Shown in pieces: positions 58,548-64,000 of a stretch of 64,000 nt of DNA. The number at the start of each line of letters is the position of its first letter. Within the stretch, counting starts at the first letter, position 1. Made by a program: the position numbers and the translations under genes. Source of the DNA: an uncultured Candidatus Saccharibacteria bacterium (lineage in GTDB: Bacteria > Patescibacteriota > Minisyncoccia > UBA6257); contig CAYZJA010000001.1 in the NCBI GenBank assembly GCA_964479005.1, forward strand, positions 224,001 through 288,000. The letters run 5' to 3'. Under the pieces are notes generated by a model. The model did not search any database. It had not been told where the DNA came from and saw only the letters and a program-made list of their open reading frames with translations.

Positions 58548-59789
58548 TTACAAAATGGGATTTTTCTTTTCTAGTAAATCCTTAACTGTGATTAGCCTTA
58601 TTTCTAACTCCTTCTTATTTTTAATCCTTGCTACTTCCTCGTAAGCACCCTTAGTAAAACTAAAAGCTACAATATAACCCTTTTTATAATTTGCCCTTTT
58701 TAGGGCAGTCTCAAAATTATCTATAACATTACGCCCTACTTTATCAGACTGCTTTACCTGTATTCCTGCTTCTTCAGTTAAAACACTCCTTGGGTAATAA
58801 CCATCTAGCCCCATATCCCCAACTTTCTTTCTGCTCGCATTAGCCCTCATTTTGTCTATCACTACCCAGTTTTGAAACTCAAAAGGTTCTAATTTTTTTA
58901 CTTCCTCTATTGTAGTCGGCATACCAATCACTTCATAATCAATACCCTCTATCGTTCCTAAAGTTTTTCCTAATCTTCGTTGCATTATCTTGATTGCTGT
59001 TGGTGAAATATCTATTCCTATCCACCTTCTACCCAATCGTTGAGCTACAGCTACTGTTGTTCCGCAACCACAAAAAGCGTCTAAAACTATATCATTTTTG
59101 TTTGAGGACGCCTCTATTATTCTTTTTAAAAGTGCTTCTGGTTTTTGGGTGGGATAACCTACTCGCTCTTCTGCCATTGGATTTATTACGGGTATATTCC
59201 ATACATCTTCCACCATTTTCCCTAACGGATTACCTTCCCACTTATAGACTTTCTTTTTTCCACCTGGTCTTCTAATAGCGACTTCGTCTTTTAGTTCTCG
59301 GCAGTATTCTTCCTTAAGACTCGGTTCATTATAATTAAAAGTCCAATTATCTCCTTTTGTATAAAAATAAATTGTATCGTGTTTTCTTGGAAACCTTGTT
59401 TTACTTTGTCCGCCGCCCTTATAAGCCCAAATAATCTCATTTCTAAAATTTTCTACCCCAAATATCTCATCTAACATAATTCTTATATGAGCGTTGGCAT
59501 GCCAATCGCAATGTATGTAAAAAGAGCCTGTAGATTTCAATATCTCATACAATGCTTGAACTCTTGGTTTAAGCCAACTAATATAATTTTCTGTTCCGCC
59601 CTCCCATCTATCTTTAAAACTTCTAATCTCCGCCTCATCGCCAAATACAACTTCATACTGTTTATGAGTAAAAAATGGCGGGTCAATATAAATCAGATCT
59701 ATACTCTCTTTAGGAAGTTTAGCTAACTCTTCTAAATTATCGCCGCAAATAAGTTTGTTAATCTGCCAAAGTTTATTCTGATTAGACAT
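58548..59789 (-). CDS. DNA methyltransferase (DPPF-motif N6-adenine/N4-cytosine class) with a ~130-aa C-terminal extension
   Basis: DPPF (motif IV) and FCGCGTT (motif I) are present in beta-class order. The C-terminus carries D...E.K-like residues (GDMGLDGYY...IQVKQ). Confidence 0.8.
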   Translation of the reverse strand: MSNQNKLWQINKLICGDNLEELAKLPKESIDLIYIDPPFFTHKQYEVVFGDEAEIRSFKDRWEGGTENYISWLKPRVQALYEILKSTGSFYIHCDWHANAHIRIMLDEIFGVENFRNEIIWAYKGGGQSKTRFPRKHDTIYFYTKGDNWTFNYNEPSLKEEYCRELKDEVAIRRPGGKKKVYKWEGNPLGKMVEDVWNIPVINPMAEERVGYPTQKPEALLKRIIEASSNKNDIVLDAFCGCGTTVAVAQRLGRRWIGIDISPTAIKIMQRRLGKTLGTIEGIDYEVIGMPTTIEEVKKLEPFEFQNWVVIDKMRANASRKKVGDMGLDGYYPRSVLTEEAGIQVKQSDKVGRNVIDNFETALKRANYKKGYIVAFSFTKGAYEEVARIKNKKELEIRLITVKDLLEKKNPIL

Positions 59790-59794
59790 AGTAG

Positions 59795-59940
59795 GGATGG
59801 GTTTTAATTTTTATGCTTATATTTACTGGCTGGAAACACAAAGCTCCCCGCCAACGACAACCTTTCGGTCGCCCTATACCTTTCGGTATAGACCCATCCC
59901 TGAGCTCTGACGAGGAGCTTAATATCAGGGATGGGTTTTT
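59795..59940 (-). promoter_or_regulatory. Structured leader upstream of the methyltransferase with three AGGGATGGGT sites
   Basis: Two direct copies (59797, 59927) and one inverted copy (59891) of AGGGATGGGT are present. Minus-strand hairpins include CTATACC-GAAA-GGTATAG and a long stem ACCCATCCCTGA/TCAGGGATGGGT. Confidence 0.45.
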
Positions 59941-60134
59941 TATGCCATATCCTATATTAGAACTTAGGCAACTTTGATTATTTAGTTTTTACAATTAAAG
60001 AATAACATAAATTGATAAAAAGGGAAGCAGAATTGTACCCTCGTTAATTATATTAATCAATCACCATTTTAGCTTTATTTAGTCATATTTTATTGCTAAA
60101 ATAGGGTTGAATAAGACATAATTATATTATTTAT

Positions 60135-60968
60135 ATGACTGACAAAAAAATGCAAGGATGGCTCTCAGAGGCTAAAAATCCTAAAATAGAGCAAACAATA
60201 AGACTTCTAAAAATTAATAAAGAATTTTTAAAGGATGTAGCTGTTTTACGAAAAAAATGGCCTAGTTTTATAGAAAAACATAAAACAGCAATAGATAAAA
60301 TTATAATAGAACTAATAAAAATGGCTTATCAAGGATTCTTGAAGAAAGAAAAACCTTCCGATGTCGTTGAAAAAGCAAAAAAAAAGAATTTATTTCGCTC
60401 TGAAGAGCCAACTAAAGAAAATCTCTTTACCGCCAACACTAAATTTAATCAAGATATATTAGATCTATGTGAAAAATACAAACTCTATCCTATTAGTCTT
60501 TGGCGATATAGGGTAGCTATTTTTATTGTAACTAATGATTTTTCTATTTCTAATAAATTAGCAGGAATGGATTTAGCAAAATATTTATCTCCAGAAGAAA
60601 TAAGCCAAATTCCTGAAGATATGAATTTTAGTCTTAAAATCGAAAAAAATAAAGATACCAAGGAACTAGAGTTATTCATTCAAGTATATGAAACTACATC
60701 TTTACGAGATTTGAAAAAATATTGGCATATGGTAAAACATTCTCAAGATAAGCTAAAAAAGGCCAAAAAGATAGACAAAAGATACTATCCTAAAAAAGGT
60801 CTAGAAACTGCAGAAAAGTTATTCACATTAGATAAAACTAAATCAAAGTCTGATTGGGAAAAACATGATGCTATATATGGAGAACCTACTTCTTCTAGTA
60901 AAAAAGACGGGGAAAAAGAAACCAAAAAAACTAAAAATTTAAAAAGAATTAGGTATCGATATAAATAG
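60135..60968 (+). CDS. Hypothetical protein (lysine-rich)
   Basis: A long ORF with no recognised domain. Confidence 0.45.
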   Translation: MTDKKMQGWLSEAKNPKIEQTIRLLKINKEFLKDVAVLRKKWPSFIEKHKTAIDKIIIELIKMAYQGFLKKEKPSDVVEKAKKKNLFRSEEPTKENLFTANTKFNQDILDLCEKYKLYPISLWRYRVAIFIVTNDFSISNKLAGMDLAKYLSPEEISQIPEDMNFSLKIEKNKDTKELELFIQVYETTSLRDLKKYWHMVKHSQDKLKKAKKIDKRYYPKKGLETAEKLFTLDKTKSKSDWEKHDAIYGEPTSSSKKDGEKETKKTKNLKRIRYRYK

Positions 60969-61127
60969 ATTTTTAAATTCGTAATTTGGGCTCATATCTT
61001 GAGACCAGTTTAAATTAGCAATTTTGTATAATAACTCCAGAGATAATCTGGAGTTTTATGTTATTAAGCAAAAAAGCAATTAAGGAATTTAAAACGATCT
61101 ATACCCGAAAATTTCATCAGGATATAG

Positions 61128-61514
61128 ATGACAAAACTGCTCAGGAAATGGCTAAAAGGCTCCTCCTGCTCTTTAAAATTGTCTATAAGCCCCCAACTAA
61201 TAAACAATCAACTAAATATGACTAACGATAAATCTTATAATAATCTTAAAAAATGCCCTCGTTTTGATAGGTGCAATCAAAATTTATGTCCTCTTGATAT
61301 AAGGCTTTCATTAAGAATCGGAGGATCTGCTGAAAAATGTCGCTGGATGAGACCCCCTTCGAAGAAAACTATTCATGGTAAGGTCTTTATATCAGGAGGG
61401 CAGGTTATGCCAGATGGTTTATTGAATTTTGTGCCTGAGAGCAATTTAGAGTGGCTTAATACCCCCTCTAAAAAAAGATGGTTAGAAATTAAAAAAAATG
61501 AAACAAAATCCTAA
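61128..61514 (+). CDS. Hypothetical Cys-containing protein
   Basis: A CPRFDRCNQNLCPLD cluster is present. Confidence 0.4.
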   Translation: MTKLLRKWLKGSSCSLKLSISPQLINNQLNMTNDKSYNNLKKCPRFDRCNQNLCPLDIRLSLRIGGSAEKCRWMRPPSKKTIHGKVFISGGQVMPDGLLNFVPESNLEWLNTPSKKRWLEIKKNETKS

Positions 61515-62019
61515 TACTAAATTGAAGCTTAGACCTTTACGTCTCAGGGGTGTCCCTTTTGCTTGGCAGGATACTAGATTAATCCCAAAAATCCGAGAGC
61601 ATTTTCATAAAGAAAAGCTTACAACTGCCCTTGCTTTATACTTTGTTTTAACAGAACTTGCTAGTATTGAAGGAAAAGGACAAGGAAAACATATAAATTG
61701 TTTAAAGGCATATCTAAAAACAATAGCAGATCGTTGTGGTAAATCGGTATCAACAACCAAAAGATATCTCAAGGATTTTAAAAAATACAAAATTATATCC
61801 TGGAACAATCGTCGTAAAGGATTGATGAATTTATCAAATGAATGGTTATTACTTCATTATTACCAGCCCACTAATGAACGTACCTCTATTCATAATGATA
61901 AACCTGTTATAAAGAATTATATAAAAAGAAGTTTTATTAATAATAAAAGGAATTATAAAAATGATAAAGATAAAGGGTTCGTTCCTATTAAGGAAATCAT
62001 TGGCCGGAAGTATAAATAA
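61498..62019 (+). CDS. Winged-helix DNA-binding protein (replication initiator / replisome organiser-like)
   Basis: LALYFVLTELAS...SVSTTKRYLKDFKKYKIISW resembles HTH regions of plasmid or phage Rep and DnaD-like proteins. Confidence 0.4.
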   Translation: MKQNPNTKLKLRPLRLRGVPFAWQDTRLIPKIREHFHKEKLTTALALYFVLTELASIEGKGQGKHINCLKAYLKTIADRCGKSVSTTKRYLKDFKKYKIISWNNRRKGLMNLSNEWLLLHYYQPTNERTSIHNDKPVIKNYIKRSFINNKRNYKNDKDKGFVPIKEIIGRKYK

Positions 62020-62030
62020 GCTTGTAAATT

Positions 62031-62058
62031 TAAGGGGGGGTATAGGGGGGTTCGCGCG
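62031..62058. repeat. G-run / alternating CG tract (GGGGGGGTATAGGGGGGTTCGCGCGCGCGAGG)
   Basis: A very GC-rich 28-mer in a window that is roughly 30 percent GC. Confidence 0.5.
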
Positions 62059-62264
62059 CGCGAGGAATAATAAAAGATTTGCATAACAGTTGCAGTTGAT
62101 TTTCATAAAGCAAAAGAGATATAATAAAATATTGACCCAGATACCTCACAGGGAATCAATCTAGCGATAATGTCCTTAAAGGGGCGGTCTATACCAGTAT
62201 TGCTGGATCCTTGTGAAACAGTGGGGCTGGGTCAATTATAGGCCGTCCCTTTAATTCTAAATTT

Positions 62265-63860
62265 ATGGAACAAATAACATCAAAAATTAAATATTTTCTT
62301 TATGCAAGAAAATCATCTGAATCTGAAGATAGACAGGTAGCTTCAATTGATTCACAAATAAAAGAATTAACTGGGGTAGCTAAGAAAGAAAAGCTAAAAA
62401 TCATTGATGTTCTCACTGAATCTCAGTCAGCAAAGGCACCAGGAAGAAGCCAGTTTAATGATATGATCCAGAGAATCTCCAAAGGAGAAGCCCAGGGAAT
62501 TTTATGTTGGAAGCTGGATAGATTAGCCAGAAACCCTATCGATGGCGGAAATATCATGTGGTTACTTCAGAGTAATACAATAAAACATATCAAAACATAC
62601 AATAGGGATTATTATCCTACTGATAATGTTTTGATGATGAGTGTAGAATTTGGCATGGCAAATCAGTTTATAAGAGATCTGAGTGAAAATACAAAGAGAG
62701 GGCTAAGAGCAAAGGCAGAAAAAGGATGGTATCCTACCTATGCCTCTTTAGGTTATATGCATAATCCTTTAAAAAGAAAAGGAGAAAAAGAAATTATTAA
62801 AGACCCGGAAAGGTTTGATCTTATAAGAAAGATATTTGATTTAATGCTTACTGGTTGCTATACACCGCCTAAAATTTTAAAAATCGCTACTGAGAAATGG
62901 GGATTAAAAAATAAGCAAGGAGGAAAAGTTGCCAGAAGTACTGTTTATAGAATACTAACTGATCCATTTTATTATGGTCAATTTGAATATCCAAAAGAAA
63001 GTGGAAATTGGTATAAGGGCAAACATAAACTTATGATAACTCTAGAAGAATATGACAAAATTCAAATTTTACTTGGGAGAAAAGGTAAACCTCGATCTAA
63101 AACGCATACTTTCGCTTTTACCGGAATGATTAGATGTAGCGAATGCGAAGCAATGATTACAGCCGAAGAAAAAATTAAAATACAAAAAAACGGAAATATT
63201 CATAAATATATTTATTATCATTGCACCAAGAAAAAAGATTCTCATTGCTCCCAAAAATCTATAGAACAAAAAGAATTAGAAAAACAAATCCTGGATATTT
63301 TGGGTGGAATTGAAATTCCTCCAGAATTTCATCAATGGGCAATGAAGTGGATACAAATTGAAAATAAAAAAGAAAGTAAAGCAAGGAACCAAATTATAGT
63401 AAACCATCAAGAAAGCTATAAAAAATGTTTAAAGAGAATTGATAATCTTATTGATATGAGATCTGCTGAGGATATAACGAAAAAAGAATTTCTGAGAAAA
63501 AAATCGGAGTTAAGTCAGGAAAAGATTCGATTAGAAGAATTACTCGCGGATACAGGAAACAGAATTAATAAACAATTAGAGAAAGCTGAGGAAGCATTTT
63601 TATTTGCTGAAAAAGCTAAAGAAAGATTTGAAAATGGAGACATCAAAGACAAAAAAGAAATTCTAACAGCCCTAGGTTCGAACCTCATTTTAAAAGATAA
63701 AAAGCTAAGTATAACAATACAAAAACCACTTTTCCTTATTGAAAAAGTGGCCAAACAGGTTAAAGCAATTAATCAAAGGTTAGAACCTCTGAAAAACCGC
63801 ATAACAAATAACGAATTGGAGGAAATCTATCTTCAAAATCCTACGTTGCTCCGCGGGTAG
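62265..63860 (+). CDS. Large serine recombinase (integrase)
   Basis: The N-terminal resolvase catalytic motif YARKSSESEDRQVASIDSQ is present. A recombinase domain, a zinc ribbon CSECEA...YYHCTKKKDSHC and a C-terminal coiled coil follow. Confidence 0.85.
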   Translation: MEQITSKIKYFLYARKSSESEDRQVASIDSQIKELTGVAKKEKLKIIDVLTESQSAKAPGRSQFNDMIQRISKGEAQGILCWKLDRLARNPIDGGNIMWLLQSNTIKHIKTYNRDYYPTDNVLMMSVEFGMANQFIRDLSENTKRGLRAKAEKGWYPTYASLGYMHNPLKRKGEKEIIKDPERFDLIRKIFDLMLTGCYTPPKILKIATEKWGLKNKQGGKVARSTVYRILTDPFYYGQFEYPKESGNWYKGKHKLMITLEEYDKIQILLGRKGKPRSKTHTFAFTGMIRCSECEAMITAEEKIKIQKNGNIHKYIYYHCTKKKDSHCSQKSIEQKELEKQILDILGGIEIPPEFHQWAMKWIQIENKKESKARNQIIVNHQESYKKCLKRIDNLIDMRSAEDITKKEFLRKKSELSQEKIRLEELLADTGNRINKQLEKAEEAFLFAEKAKERFENGDIKDKKEILTALGSNLILKDKKLSITIQKPLFLIEKVAKQVKAINQRLEPLKNRITNNELEEIYLQNPTLLRG

Positions 63861-63878
63861 GATTCGAACCTACAACCT
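63851..63878 (-). other. tRNA 3'-fragment (T-arm GTAGG-TTCGAAT-CCTAC plus acceptor strand) overlapping the recombinase stop codon
   Basis: The minus strand reads GGTTGTAGGTTCGAATCCTACCCGCGGAG. No complementary 5' acceptor strand is found within the next 90 nt. Confidence 0.45.
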
Positions 63879-64000
63879 ACTGGTTACACCTAATCTCTAA
63901 GTTTCCTTAAAGGGTGGACTATATCTTCACCTTGTCTGTTTAAAACAGATTTAGGTGTCTCGGTATCTAGTCTCTACGGCGCCCCCGTGTTATAACACAA

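Noticed and set aside
59890-59935. Hammerhead ribozyme at CTGACGAG near the methyltransferase leader
   Set aside because: CUGANGA is present, but no correctly placed GAAA and UH cleavage site with three stems could be assembled on either strand.

Overview
The window is a very AT-rich bacterial chromosome segment of about 64 kb. It has compact gene packing, many small hypothetical membrane proteins, and some promoters that sit directly on start codons, suggesting leaderless mRNAs. This pattern is consistent with a reduced-genome Patescibacteria/CPR-like organism, but the taxonomy is inference only.

Housekeeping genes recognised from conserved motifs:
- priA (C-terminal fragment), def, fmt.
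- AmmeMemoRadiSam triad: AMMECR1, MEMO1-like, radical SAM.
- Queuosine genes queH, tgt, queA.
- trxB and murD.
- xth and a DEDDh exonuclease.
- htpX and lemA.
- groES/groEL, and hrcA-grpE-dnaK-(membrane protein)-dnaJ with CIRCE operators.
- rmuC and an ABC exporter.
- corA, cysS, dnaB, recR, rplU.
- A dcw cluster with MraZ boxes: mraZ-rsmH-ftsL-ftsI-murF.
- A DsbD/CcdA-thioredoxin fusion, an SPFH protein, and two UDG-family genes.
- tRNA-Ser(GGA) and tRNA-Glu(CTC).

Accessory and mobile content:
- A Panacea-domain (DUF4065) antitoxin-like gene paired with an uncharacterised Zn-ribbon protein.
- RelE/ParE and HicAB-like toxin-antitoxin pairs.
- A DNA methyltransferase.
- A right-hand block carrying a large serine recombinase whose stop codon overlaps a tRNA 3'-fragment, likely the edge of an integrated element.

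The most unusual content is non-coding:
- A ~195-nt rod-like palindromic repeat family: two full copies plus one fragment. One full copy precedes corA and creates an artefactual N-terminal extension of that ORF.
- A ~70-nt hairpin family with a 45-nt conserved core and covarying outer stems.
- Two paralogous ~190-bp promoter modules upstream of unrelated minus-strand genes. Each has a sigma70-like promoter, a perfect operator palindrome and a covarying 5'-UTR hairpin.
- A GTTCYAACATCGTYC motif found at six intergenic sites.
- A recurring TTTTTTGGTAGAAT extended -10 motif.
- Three tandem unannotated small ORFs encoding hydrophobic peptides.

No CRISPR array or rRNA gene was seen. Coordinates of self-called short features are approximate to within a few nucleotides.
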